A stretch of 63,522 nucleotides of DNA, counting the filler, from Collodictyon triciliatum (taxonomy: Eukaryota), in assembly GCA_043381765.1 (NCBI GenBank). It is 16 parts of 16 records of this genome, joined end to end, with 100 filler letters (N's around TTAATTAATTAA, not from the genome) between each part and the next. Parts side by side here need not be neighbours in the genome. Positions count along the whole stretch, not along the records: positions 45,610 to 49,695 come from JBHJMP010006512.1; positions 49,796 to 53,881 come from JBHJMP010006513.1; positions 53,982 to 58,063 come from JBHJMP010006514.1; positions 58,164 to 62,242 come from JBHJMP010006515.1; positions 62,343 to 63,522 come from JBHJMP010006679.1; 11 more parts are not named here. The stretch is one strand, 5' to 3'. Shown piece by piece: positions 48,791 through 63,522 of the stretch. The notes below the pieces were generated by a model. That model made no database searches, was not told where the DNA came from, and saw only the letters and a list, made by a program, of their open reading frames with translations. A program made the translations under genes and the position numbers. Position 1 is the stretch's first letter. The number at the start of each line of letters is the position of its first letter.

Positions 48791-49263
48791 TTTTTTCATA
48801 TAGAACATTCAAGCACGTTTTGGCTAATGGATCAGAATGATCTATACTAATTCTTTGTTCTCAGATAAAAATTTTAAATATAGTATAATGCATAGTCTAA
48901 AAGCTAATACTTTGTCTCCAAAGGCCTCATCTTTCATGATTCACACAATATTTTACCTTTATTTTTGCCTTCAAATACGGGCTTAGTTAAAGATTCATCA
49001 TTATATAGTAGAAAAATAAGATTGTAATCAAGGGTGGAGTTTTAGCCCTCACTATTATACAAAAATATATCCGAGAGATTTGTATCAATAATATTCCTTT
49101 ATACAGGGTTAATCATGATAATCAAAAGTGATAGGAAATATGACGAGTCGATTAATCGTATTGAATCAACCGAGGCGGTCAAACAGAGAGAATGCCATAC
49201 GATTATAATATATTTTAGACAATTCTTAATCCTACATATTATTCGCATTTAATCAATAGGAAG

Positions 49264-49684
49264 ATGTCCGAGCCATCACCAAGCAGACAATCCGACGCCA
49301 CCAATCAGTCAATAATTGAGCCAACCCGAGAACCCACACCAGTTGATGAGAAAATTCGCAGAGGCTTGATTACAGGCGCAGTTTATTCTGATGGCGAAGA
49401 GAGATGGACTGTTGTCTATGACTCCAGAGTGTTGAGAATCTTCATGTCCTCCACGTTTCGAGACATGCAAAAAGAAAGGGACGAGTTCTTTGCAAATGCC
49501 GAAAAAAAGTAACATCGTTTTGGTCAATCACAAAAATTCCATGACTACATGTTTGTATGTTCGGTTTATTGATGAATCAAAAAATTGTTGCAGACTCAAA
49601 GACTTTGCCAAGAAGAAGGGTGTCATCCTTGTTTTCATCGACTTGCGCTGGGGACTGACCAGTGAAATATCTGAAAACGGATTG
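49264..49684 (+). CDS. DUF4062-domain protein (N-terminus typical of TEP1/NWD/NPHP3-like STAND NTPases), truncated
   Basis: Exon 49264-49508 reads RVLRIFMSSTFRDMQKERD. The exon from 49594 reads LKDFAKKKGVILVFIDLRWGLT. Confidence 0.88.
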
Positions 49685-49837
49685 GTGGGAATTATNNNNN
49701 NNNNNNNNNNNNNNNNNNNNNNNNNNNNNNNNNNNNNNNTTAATTAATTAANNNNNNNNNNNNNNNNNNNNNNNNNNNNNNNNNNNNNNNNNNNNAATAT
49801 TTACCATAACAAATAATTTTAATCTTTATAATTATTT

Positions 49838-49934
<97 letters not shown>

Positions 49935-49941
49935 CATTTTA

Positions 49942-51998
<2,057 letters not shown>

Positions 51999-52124
51999 TG
52001 ATGGAAAACTTGATATGGTTTGTTCTGCTGTTTAGTTGACAATTTTATCTCAAACGATGCGTGTACTCCGGGGCGAGGAATAATTTCGTGCTCTGTCACT
52101 GAATTCCATCGCCCTCCGTTTTAT

Positions 52125-52276
52125 AGTTTATGCTTTATGTTTTATGTTTTATGTTTTATGCTTTATGCTTTATGTTTTATGTTTTATGTTTTATGTTTTA
52201 TGTTTTATGTTTTATGTTTTATGTTTTATGTTTTATGTTTTATGTTTTATGTTTTATGTTTTATGTTTTATGTTTT
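52125..52276. repeat. (TTTTATG)n heptamer repeat
   Basis: Direct reading. Confidence 0.95.
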
Positions 52277-53231
52277 ACAATTGAATTTGATCACTGAAGC
52301 CAATCTGTACATTTATAGATTGTATATACTGGATTACATTATTCTGGACCAAGTTCTCTCGTTGCTTGTCCCTGTGTCTTGTTTGGTTTACTTGGGGAAC
52401 AAGTGGAAAAAAAAAACTAGTCAAGAAATCTATGGTATAAAGACCTGCCTGATACAATAAAAATACAGCCATTCCAGATAGTCTAGTTCTTGAGCGACAG
52501 TGAAATTTGTTTAAATCTATTTGTTTCGGGCTATAGACCTGTATTTTTTACTTTTATTTTTACTTTTATTTTTACTAGTGCAGGTCGAGGAGTTTTGTTC
52601 TTTGTTTGCCAGTCTTTTTGTTGTTTGACAAACCTTGTCACTTTGAGCGACACGGTTTATGATTATCATTTAAGCAGTAATTTTCTCTTGTTTGGCATTT
52701 GCCGATGAAAACAATTCGAGAGGAATAAACAAGCCTCTCGGGTGTCCTTCATTTTATGACTTTGGAGTGCGTGGGCTCGTGCTTCTATCTTTATTATCAT
52801 AAATGCGAAGAAAACAAGCTTCACAATCAGGACCAGGGGTACTCTTAAGCCTGACCGACTGTCGTTTTATTAATCCAAATACTATCATTCGATCGAATTC
52901 AAACAATCAACATCATTAGTCTGCTCCATATTCTTCATCGTTGTCATAGTTCCAGAAGTTTTGTACCACTTAATTTTCCAAAAGCTGTTGGGAAACGTGA
53001 GACAGAATCGTTTTCATTATCTCTTTTCCTTTTCCATTTAAATTACCCGGATATCGAAAGAATGTGTGAGGATAAGATAGAAATAAATAAAGTAAAGTAA
53101 AATAAAATAAAAAAGAGAAGGAAGTGGCGTAGAAAGAAATGACATTTTGGGCAAATGGGCAATCAAAATCCCACACCACGGTCACTTCATTGAAGAGCAC
53201 AGAAGATACAAAACTCATTTGTTCGGCCTTG

Positions 53232-53881
53232 TTAGCAAAGATCCGATGATGAACCATTCAACTTCGGGTCCGGAGTTAGGTACTCGACATCACCCAGTTT
53301 TTCAAACCAGTAGATGCGAGCCCGTGCAGCATTAAAGGACAGAGTAGAGTACCGGTTAATCAGCAAATAGTCTGAGTTGGCCAGTAGAATCATGTCCACA
53401 ATTCCCGGAGTGTACGCACCTTCTACACGTTGGGTAAACAGGTGAGGCTTGAGTGCTCTACGGATGTGAATCTCTGCAACAAGGTCTTGGTGATCCGAAG
53501 CCAGAAACAGAGAGGAGAATTTACGCGTGTCCAACACAGAGTCTATTTTCTTGAGGGCACTGGAAGAGTTCTGTGTGCAGTACCCTTCACTTTTGCGCAG
53601 ATGGATGGCAAGATATGGCCGTTTGAGTCGCTGGTTAAGAAAGTTTGAAGCGATACCCATGATGTGGGGAGCTGGACGCAGAAACGGATAGATTCTCCGA
53701 TGAAAGTATTTTGTATGGAACTTCCAGTGGAAGATGGGGCCGACTTCCAAATGGATTTCGTTTGTGCTGGAAAGCAGACGCAACGCATCGAGGGTAGTGA
53801 AAGTCTCGCTCGGGATGTGGATGGGCAGCGAAAGCACTTTGCGCTCGGCAAGTGGGATGTGCGGAAGGACACTGGTCTCGT
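53232..53881 (-). CDS. O-fucosyltransferase-like glycosyltransferase (POFUT/O-FucT type), C-terminal part
   Basis: PYLAIHLRK, LFLASD, IVDMILLANSDYLLINRYSTLS. The frame is open to the contig edge. Confidence 0.82.
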
Positions 53882-54054
53882 NNNNNNNNNNNNNNNNNNN
53901 NNNNNNNNNNNNNNNNNNNNNNNNNTTAATTAATTAANNNNNNNNNNNNNNNNNNNNNNNNNNNNNNNNNNNNNNNNNNNNGAGTCGCCCAGCAAGAAAC
54001 GCAAGGAAAGTGACCCGTTGTCCCCTCAAAAGACTCATCCAGTGGAATGAAATA

Positions 54055-54420
54055 GGATGTAAACCTTGTCTGAGATAGATTATTGAAAAGACTAGTCGGA
54101 ATCGATTACAGGAGTAACCGCCATGTGCGTACTTTCATCGACCCACAACTTTGTCCGCTCTTCAGTCAGTCTCGAACGCAACCAGAAACCGTGTTGGAGC
54201 TGATTCACCTCGGGTAGAAAAGTCAATGTGTGAGAACACTTTCTCTCCTTCCTATTTTCTATTTTCTTTCTCTCTTTCCTTTTCTTTCTTTCCACCCAAA
54301 ACACAAAAAAACCAACCACACAATCCGGGGTCTCCACTGTCTTGTCCACAGCTCATTTTTGTCCTCGAGGCGAAGGCGGTTTCCTCGGCTTTGTTTTCTC
54401 TCAATAAACTGTTGAAAAGC
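54055..54420 (-). repeat. Dispersed repeat B, copy 2
   Basis: Homologous to 30733-31100. Confidence 0.88.
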
Positions 54421-55964
54421 CCCGCGGTCCTGCACAAAAGTTGAAAGGAAGAAAAAAAAACTGTTGAAAAGAAACTGTTGAAAAAAAACCAGCTTCTGAG
54501 GAAAGCTCGGGTACACATGAAATATGATGCAGGATACCATGGCGTCTAGTTGAGATTATCATTATAGCAAAGCTCCAAACTGCCAGCTTGAACCTTGCCT
54601 GTCAAACATCGAGTTTTAGGAGCATGGCAGGTAAGATTGACCGAGGGCTACATTATGGAAGGGAGCCAAAGCAAAAACTGCTCGCATTGAGCAAATTGAT
54701 TTTGAGAATAAAAAATTCATTTATACGAATCAGTCTTTCTTATATGGAGCTTTATTTTGAGCATGGTATGTACAAAGCGAGTTAGGTGGGTGAAATAGTA
54801 AAGAGCAGACGCTAGTAAGAAACTAACCGGTGGCTGCGCCCTTGAAAAGAGCTCCCTAACAGCGAGGAGTCAAGGCAAACAATTGGGTGGTCACCTGGCT
54901 CTCTGGACGACAGAGAGTGCGCATATGAAGGGAAGTTTCTTACAACGCATTGTTATACACCCACATGAGAAATACTAAAAGACAAAAGACCATGAATAAC
55001 CCTATGTATGAGGAGTTTTTGCCTTTGCTAGATTGAATTTTTAGGACACATTTATTCCAGAGTGCCGAAGTAACGGAAACCGTAAGAATTTGGGACGAAA
55101 AGTTAGCTGGGCCAGAGTACTTGGCCAAGAAGAAACCGTGTCCCTGCTCCGGCCTCTGACAAAGTATAGCACGCGAGAAAGCACAGCCGCTGTGATAGAA
55201 AAATATCGCGCCTTGTACCGGGGCGGAAAATGCTAAACCGCGAGAGGCTTCCGCTGGGCTCGGACAAAACGCAGCAACTAAGAGCCACTCCCTCGTGCTC
55301 GTGTTGGAGTGAGTCAGGTGGAGTTGAAAGAAAAGCTGATCCATCTCGCAAAGAAACGAGTGGCGCTACGCTGTCTATTCGATGCGCTACGGATAGTGAA
55401 AAACATGTGTAAAATCAAAGCGAGGGACGTAAGCTGGCAGAATTAATGGAATGCTCAAATATCTGTACAGACAGCAACAACAGTGCATGATAGATAAATA
55501 GGCTACATAAATACCATAACGTATCTTGCATTTGAGCTGAGCACTTTACCCTGACTGTTGCAGCTTGATTGTCGGTATATTCCACATTTGGAATGAACCT
55601 TTCCTGCTCGCTGCACCCAAGCCCACCCCCATCTCTTAAAGCAAAAGAACACGAAACCAAACATAAAAGTCGATTAAGAGCTACAGAGCTCGCACAGAGC
55701 CCAAGGAAATTGCTCCCATCCCCCACGCGCGAGGCAAGTAAAAGGCTGACGAGATGAGCATGCAGCGTCGTCGGGACAATAGCCTTTCGCCCTGGAGGTT
55801 AGGTTCCCACGAAAGGCGGTATTTGAAAAAAAGGAAAAAAAGGAACGGAGGCAGTGAGCGCCTACTCCGAGAGAAAGACGGATAAATAAGTATTGTGTGG
55901 GTGGCGCGGTGGCGAAAGCCTTTGGAATGGTTTGTGGGTCAGGAGGGCAACGCACTGCGAAGGC

Positions 55965-58043
55965 CTTCTGGTTTTCAACATTAAACGCTTGGCGCTACTC
56001 TTTGCGCACTTCCTCTGCGCGCACAATCCAACCCGGACAAACACACCACACCCGGCGAGCCGACCTCCAAGCAGACCACAACGAAGCCCGTTCGAACTCA
56101 CGCGTAATAAAAAAACCAAATGCGCTTCGGGCAGGTCTCGAACATTCAAAGAAAATATCAGAATAGGGCTTATGGAAGAAATGATTTTTTTAAATATTTG
56201 TAATTTCTTGTAGGCACTTAAGTTAGCATCTTTCATTGAATATTACCTCTTAGGGTCAATCCATAGGAATAGCACATGAAAACTTCCTTTTTCTCCAAAG
56301 CTCACTCACAAAATATTGAGCGAATTATTTTACCCATGGAAAACAAGGGGACTGTTTTTTCAATTATAATATTGCTGACGCCGGTTGAATGTTTCATAGG
56401 GTGCTACAAATAAGGCTTAATTATTCGAAGACTCGGTAAAAAGCTTATGCTTTAGTATCAAAGTTCGCAAAAATTCTTGGCCATTTTTTTCGTTCCTCAC
56501 AAAATCCAAAATTCAGGAGCGTTGGGTCGTGTCCCAAAGCCCTATTACTTAATCCTATTTAGGCCATTTTTTTTCTTATTCATATTTCTCATATATAAGC
56601 CAAACCACTGCGGATGAGCGATTTTTTCTTCCACAGGCACAACCCACACCGAGGAGAAGCCACCACGCCCACACCCCAAGCACCCAGGAAAATGACCACA
56701 AACAAAGCGGGCATTGAAGACGAGCCCAAGCTTACGGAGCGGGTGCGTCGGTATGTTTGCAAGGCTATTCGCTCACAGTATTATTCCGTTCCCACATATC
56801 CAACAACCATATTGACAAGACTCCAGTATCTCTTCGTCCACTTATTCATTATACACTCAGCTCCTTGGCCACCTGCGCCTTTTTTTGTCAGTGAGTCCAG
56901 GACGAGAGAGGTACAAAGCTCTCTGATGGATCTTGGTGGTTTGGCATTCAGACCCAAAACCTATGCATCACACGTGCATTTCCATCTCCTTTTTTTTTAA
57001 ACAATATCCTTACATTGACAACACTTTGTACATGAGAGCGGCGCAATTCGCATAAACTTGAGCAGGTCAGACCTTAAAGAAATAAATCGCTCACAGATAC
57101 CGAGATGGCTTTGCGGAAAATCAATCAGTTACAGCGACTTCCGCTATGGCACCCAGATATTCACTCAAAGTGCTACTTTTGGCCTATGGGTGAGACTCTT
57201 ATGAATATACATAAAGGCGGGCTAGGCCATATGACTAGCAATTCACTCTCTTTTAAGATATTCGCTGGTATGCTCAAAAGTTATAAGGAAGAATAAAAAA
57301 AAAGATATTCGCTGGTCAGCGAAAAACGGCAAATGCATAGTAACAACAGAACGTTAAGTGGAACCCTTTTTCAAAACAAGTAATTATATTCTTCCTCTAG
57401 GATTTCGCCCTGTTGCTACGCCCGGACAGAACGCCCATTTTTTTGGCCAGGAACGCAGGCGACCCTTGTGTGACAGAGTCAGTTTGGCCACAAACACATT
57501 TTCTCACTCACCGCTCGGATGGCTTGGGTATGTGGAGTTTTTCGAGAGTCTTCACAAGTACCATGTACCTCTTAATCAAGGCAGCCTTCTCATGACTGAC
57601 CTATTATGCTGCGTATACCTGAACGTACCCCAAAATGCCATTTGAAATTCCTACACAATTGAAAATTATTTTTCAACAGAAGGAAGGTGTCGCACGAATA
57701 TCCTTGCAGTAAACTCGGGCTTCTTCTCCCACTCCGGGAGCATTGCAAGGACATATTATGTTATTCACGGAGCCCGGCACATAAGCAAGCAAGCGCGTAT
57801 AATATGTCCCACTGATACACAGTTATAGGCTAGTGGGTTGCACCTAGCTCTATATTATCTCACGACGAGTGAGCCTTCTGGGATAGTGAAGCTCAGTTGC
57901 TCGGTTGCTTGCTTGCTTGGGCGTGCCGCAACACCTGATATATCACTACCCTTTTTTTAAACATATTTTCGGAAAACTTTTTTCAGAATAAGATGCATCG
58001 GCGCTGGACCGCAGACCCGTATATACAGCAGATAGCCAAACAG
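55965..58043 (-). repeat. Dispersed repeat A, copy 2
   Basis: Inverted homolog of 15556-17618. Confidence 0.92.
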
Positions 58044-59659
58044 TAACCACTGCGAAATGCCTTNNNNNNNNNNNNNNNNNNNNNNNNNNNNNNNNNNNNN
58101 NNNNNNNTTAATTAATTAANNNNNNNNNNNNNNNNNNNNNNNNNNNNNNNNNNNNNNNNNNNNTCGCCTTAATCCCTTTTGTGTTCTTGACCCCACATTC
58201 CATACTCGCATGGATTGAACTCCTTGGATTTACCCCATGAATCTCCTTGTCATTATCAATTTTATCATCATCATATTATTATTATTATTTTAAAAAAAAA
58301 GCATTGTTATCTTCTTACTACCAGACCTTTGCTTTTGATTTTCTACAGAATGATCCCGCGTTGTGCTGATCCTTATACCCTCTTTCTATTCTTTTTCTAC
58401 TGCTGTTCTCTTTTCTTTACTTTTCCTTGTCCTCTTTTCGGATTAAACAGCATCGAGTGAGCCATCAACAGACAACAACAAGAAAACGAAAACAAAAACA
58501 AAAAAAAAATTCAGAGACACAAAAACTCGTGTATTCGATTAGACAACCAGCTCAACAAAGCCACGACATCACAGTCCGTTTTGCGGTTGTCAGCAGCAAT
58601 GATTCCTCTCGAATGCGCACCAATCGGAAGAAGCGGACGGGATTCTGATTGAGCGGCCGCTCCACGGGCTCTTTCATCACGGTCGTCTCTGCAATCGGAG
58701 GGAAAAGGCAGCAACCATCGCGGTCGTATGGGACGTCGATGGGGGCTGCCGTGTTGGAAAAGAAAGAAGGAGAAAATGATTAGGAAACCCAAAGGCTGTG
58801 ATTGGCTTTGTGATGGTTGTGTGATTGCTCTGTCTTTGGCTTTACTATTGGTTCGTGTGGTTGCTAAATGATGGGTGCAGGTGATTTGTTATTTAATCAC
58901 TTGCTTGTAGAGTTTAAATACCTATAAAGACTGTTTGACCATCGTTAGTCTTGGTGTACATATCTACCACAGTGACAGGATTTTGAAGTGGAGTAAACCC
59001 TCGATCGGTTTCTATCTGTAGTCGGGATGTATGAATAGAATAGGCAAAACGAACTGATATATATGAGAGAGAGAGACTATTACTTCTTTTTTTTATCTCT
59101 CCCATCAACTGTGGTATATAAACTTTGTGAAGTTGTGTGAAGTTGTTACAAAAACTTTATTATAAATCAATCCACTTTAATAATAAAAGGATTAAGGAAT
59201 ATGCTTATATTTGCATGATTCATATTATTAACCTTAAAGTAAATGTGTTTGATGTTATCAAAGACATCATCAATTGTAGGACACATAGGATTATCCTGTA
59301 AGGAGGCGTAAACGACACTATAATAGTAAGATAAAATAAATATAACAATTCGCAATACTCTATCTTACAGTGGACTCGTTTTATCATTAAATTGGTATTT
59401 ATGAGGTAATGAGTCAAAGTTGAACAATTACCGTGCAAAATCTTCACTAGCTCTCAATATAAATCGACTTTCTTTGGGTACGATACTTGGTTTCGCCCTA
59501 AAGCAACCAGCGAAAGGTCACAAAATGGAATACAAAGTGAAAAAAAATGGTAAAGAGCAAATTCGCATAAATATATATATATATTCTCACGAAAAAAAAA
59601 TGACGTATGAGGAAAGGTAATTACATAACTGAAAATATAAATGAATACTCTTTTTCTAA

Positions 59660-60564
59660 CAATAAAGAGAAGGGTTGTCAGAAGGGCACTCACAAAGTCC
59701 CCCGGTTTCGAAACGGACAAGAAATAGCTGCGAAAGCCTGCCGAACCTGCTCCCTGGCAACTGGGTCCTCAATTCTTTTAACAAATCGAGAGTGAATGGG
59801 ACTATCATCACGTTTGCTAACCTAATCGTCAATAATTGGTTTGTTTTTATTTGTTCCAGTAAGATGTTTAGGCATGATTGTTTACCAATCAAACTTCAAA
59901 ATTTAATATAAATGAATATGGTTATATTATAGAGTAAACCATATAAAAATATAATAAGATGTAGATTTACATGTTTTGTATGAGGGACATCTTCGTTGGA
60001 TTTCGAAATTGGAGATGTTTTGCTAATTATAACAACGTTATTATTTTTTATGTAAAAAAATTAGCATCATAAAAACCAAGTAACAATATTCTATCAGAAT
60101 GCTCACCTGCACAATTTGGGACCAAGCTCTTGTATTATATGCCGCCCTTCGGATTCTCTTGCGCCATTATCTACATATAGATTATTATACGACTGTCGAG
60201 TCGGAATTTGGATGAGTGGCAATAGTTATCATAGTTGGTAGGGATGATTCATCCGTATAATTCATTATTAATGGTTCTTTCAATTACAAATGATAATTTG
60301 CCTGTAATCGTTGATTTTATTTGTGGTGGTGATATTTGAACCCTAGTTGGAGAATTCACATTCTCCAATTTCTTTACTGTCTCAAGGGCAAGACTTGCTT
60401 GAAGTCTTCTTTTCTGCTCCATAAGTTCATCCCGAAGGTGTCTTTCCATAAGCGTATTCTGGACCATTTAGTATTAAATATTTGGCATCAGAAGTTAAAA
60501 AAATAATCAAAATATAAGAAATTCGTTTGGGTAAATAAATCAGCTGGTGTTTACTTTTTCTTTA

Positions 60565-60662
<98 letters not shown>

Positions 60663-62130
60663 TAAAAAATAAAAATAAAAATAAAAATAAAAGTTCAACA
60701 TGAAATAGGCCAAGAATACGCCCACAATCAAGTTTATATATTTTGCTCATGTGAACCTGAGGCTGGGACTGTTGTCGTACCGATAAAGTGGGATTTCTTA
60801 GCATATTATTGAACATATCTGCTCTATCATCCCTTTTTTCAATATCTACTTCTGTTTCTTTTACCTTTGGACCAAATTCTTTCTGTGTTGTACTTGCCTT
60901 TTCAAAGGCGTTTTTAAGTTGTTGGATGTCTCGACGAATCTCCTATGGATGATCATTAAGATTTCATAAATAAAACCGATAACTTTTCATACAGATTCAC
61001 TCGTATGCACGGTTTTTTTTCCTTTATTCGATTCAAAGACTCGTATGCACGGTTAATGGTGTAATCAAAATGGAACGATTTCGCCGTAGCAACGTCATAA
61101 ATGGTTATATATCAGGCGGTACCACGAGAAACGGATCTCGCGGTTGGAAGCCTTTGTAGCTTGATTCGTTTGAAGTATTATGATTCAACCATCCGCCGAA
61201 CGATTTATGAGCGATATGATAATCATAGCCACAGCACGTTAGTGGTACATCTGAAAGAATTGATATATGTAGTCATAGAAATTATTTTCCAACATTCATT
61301 ACATGGTATTCATATTAAGAAGTATCTCTGTTGATGGCAGAATGCCATATTAGCGTATGTTGTCAATAGTAACAACAAGATGTCAGTTGATTTCAGAAAC
61401 GTATTCTTATATACAAAGGGATAAAAAAAATCGATGGTGGGTGAATATGTATGAGAAAAAAACCTCGAAAATCACTGCCTGATCTTTGACAACGGATGCA
61501 TGGCGAATGGTTTCGGCCATGATTCGATCCATCCTTAATCTCCTGATTTTCTCCTGGTTTATCTAGATCTTTGCTTTGGTCGCGCATCAATCCGCGGCAC
61601 ATGTCTGACGATGGTGGGACTTTACCAGAGACACCATTCATTCTTTCACAGGCAAACTCAAAAGCAGAGGATTTTGCTGGCTCGCGGGTGTACATCCCTG
61701 CTGATGAAACTGCCCGACGCGATTCTGTCTGTGTATTTCCTTTCGCATGCCTCGTTTCATTATCATATTCACTCAAGTCTCCGTGGAGAACAGACTCTGT
61801 CTGAGTCTGCGCTGTTCTGTGCGGGATGGAGTATTGGCAGGTTGCATCGGCCCGTGTTCTGTCGTTTGTGTAGTGCGAGAATCTCATTTTCGTGGGCGAT
61901 GCGGACTTTGTGCAGAGGCTCAGCTTGTCTTCCAACTGGACTTCGTGGACCAGAGACGAAATCAGACGCCGCAGGCGACGCTGGCTCGATTGCCGCACAC
62001 GAAGCAGATCCACATCGACGGACTCTGTGGGTGTCGCAGTGGCGGTGATGGCATTGGCGGTGTTTATGGGGGGCTTCATCGGCGATGGGGTCTTTCGCCG
62101 CAGCTGCTTCCGGTCGTGAGGTGGAGACAT
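59660..62130 (-). CDS. Hypothetical low-complexity/coiled-coil protein, multi-exon; 3' end uncertain
   Basis: An ATG-initiated first exon at 62130-~61464, then exons EIRRDIQQLKNAFEK.. (~60943-60757) and LMERHLRDELMEQKRRLQASL.. (~60470-60301), mostly with GT-AG bounds. Confidence 0.55.
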
Positions 62131-62171
62131 GTCTGTTTGTTTGTTTTTTTTTTGTTTTTTTTGTTTTTTTT

Positions 62172-62242
<71 letters not shown>

Positions 62243-62427
62243 NNNNNNNNNNNNNNNNNNNNNNNNNNNNNNNNNNNNNNNNNNNNTTAATTAATTAANN
62301 NNNNNNNNNNNNNNNNNNNNNNNNNNNNNNNNNNNNNNNNNNTTGAAGGAAAAAAAAAAAAAAAAAAAAAAAACTCTATTCATGTCCCCCTTTCTCGTCA
62401 GAATACTTCAAAAATGTCCAGTCCAAC

Positions 62428-63333
62428 CTTCTTCAGTTCCTCAGCAGCCTTGCACAGTGTCCCAGCAGTGTCCACTATGTCATCAACAATGATACAGTCT
62501 GATTCGACGATTGAATCGGCCCCAACAACATCCATTTTTTCAACCACTCCGGCGCCAGCCCGTTGCTTAACAATCATTGCAAGCTTTGCATCAAAGTCCT
62601 CTTCGCCTTGCGAAACTAGTCGGTTAAAATACGAATCAAGATTTATTATTGCAGAATATTTTTGTCCAATGAAAAAAATGCAACGTGGTAGATATGACAT
62701 TGTGCGGCACATGTACCCTTTTTATTTATTCATATAGAAAACCACACGAGGGGGATTTCCCCCCTTTTTAAATAGAAAAAAATAATTAAATTAATTTAAA
62801 GTGAGCCTTGAGACTGGGGTCGTATGTACCTTTGAGTTTGATGAGGTGCTCCATAAATTCCTTTGCTCGGGCAACTCCGCCGGCATCGGGAGAGACTACC
62901 ACTGTGTTTGTGAGAGCCAAAGTAGCAACGTGTCTGGCAAGCACAGGAGCAGCAAAGAGATTGTCCACTGTTGCGCGCTGGAAAAAGCCTTGGATTTGTC
63001 CGCTGTGAAGGTCGACAGAGATGATACGGTCGACTCCAGCAGCCTCCAAAAGAATGGCCACGTCAGAAGCTGATATGGGCACACGAGACTTTGTCTTTCT
63101 GCATCACAGAAAGAAAAGGATTTGTCAAACATAATCCCATTATTGCCTATGCTGGTAGAGGCGGGATACTAAGGGTTGACACTTGAATGTTTCAAGTTGG
63201 AGATTAACCTGTCCTGACGGGCATAGCCGAAGTAAGGAATCACAGCAATCACGTTTCGGGCAGAGGCGCGCTTCAGTGTTCTTACAAGCAGAAATAGCTC
63301 CATTAAGTTTTCGTTTACCGGGTTGCAAGTGCT
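62428..63333 (-). CDS. PRPS: Ribose-phosphate pyrophosphokinase (PRPP synthetase), three internal exons
   Basis: [84 protein letters not shown]. Confidence 0.97.
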
Positions 63334-63424
63334 CTGGGCGTTTGGGTAGGGATTAGTTGTGCAATCTTTATGTGTGAGATTACGAGGCTTTGAAGGGTTA
63401 GAAGGCGAGGCATATTGCGCGACG

Positions 63425-63522
63425 AAAAGAGAAGAAAAAGAGAAGAAAAAGAGAAGAAAAAGAGAAGAAAAAGAGAAGAAAAAGAGAAGAAAAAGAGAAG
63501 AAAAAGAGAAGAAAAAGAGAAG
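63425..63522. repeat. (AGAAGAAAAAG)n repeat, probably intronic
   Basis: Direct reading. Confidence 0.95.

Overview
This is not one locus. It is about 16 unlinked contigs (mostly ~4.1 kb) from an intron-rich, microsatellite-rich microbial eukaryote, joined by artificial N-TTAATTAATTAA-N linkers, so neighbourhood across linkers means nothing. Host genes read in the standard code. Recognisable genes: an LRR-Roc-COR (Roco) gene whose LRRs sit in tandemly duplicated phase-0 exons; a >1360-aa intronless TMEM132-like protein carrying an extra cohesin, a dockerin and a Ser-Gln repeat; a probable ARM-repeat cytosolic carboxypeptidase (AGTPBP1/CCP1-like); CAF-1 p60 (CHAF1B); a two-repeat Myb factor; two DUF4062 proteins, one fused to a calponin-homology domain; two fucosyltransferase-like genes; and PRPP synthetase. 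Mobile DNA: a decayed Fanzor1 (eukaryotic TnpB relative) with a candidate omegaRNA scaffold, L1/Tx1-type ORF1 and ORF2 fragments, a possible hAT remnant, and three ORF-less dispersed repeats that may be parts of one large element. The strongest leads are the cohesin+dockerin TMEM132-like protein, the modular LRR-exon Roco array and the Fanzor/omegaRNA locus. All family calls come from motif recognition by eye; no database search was run.
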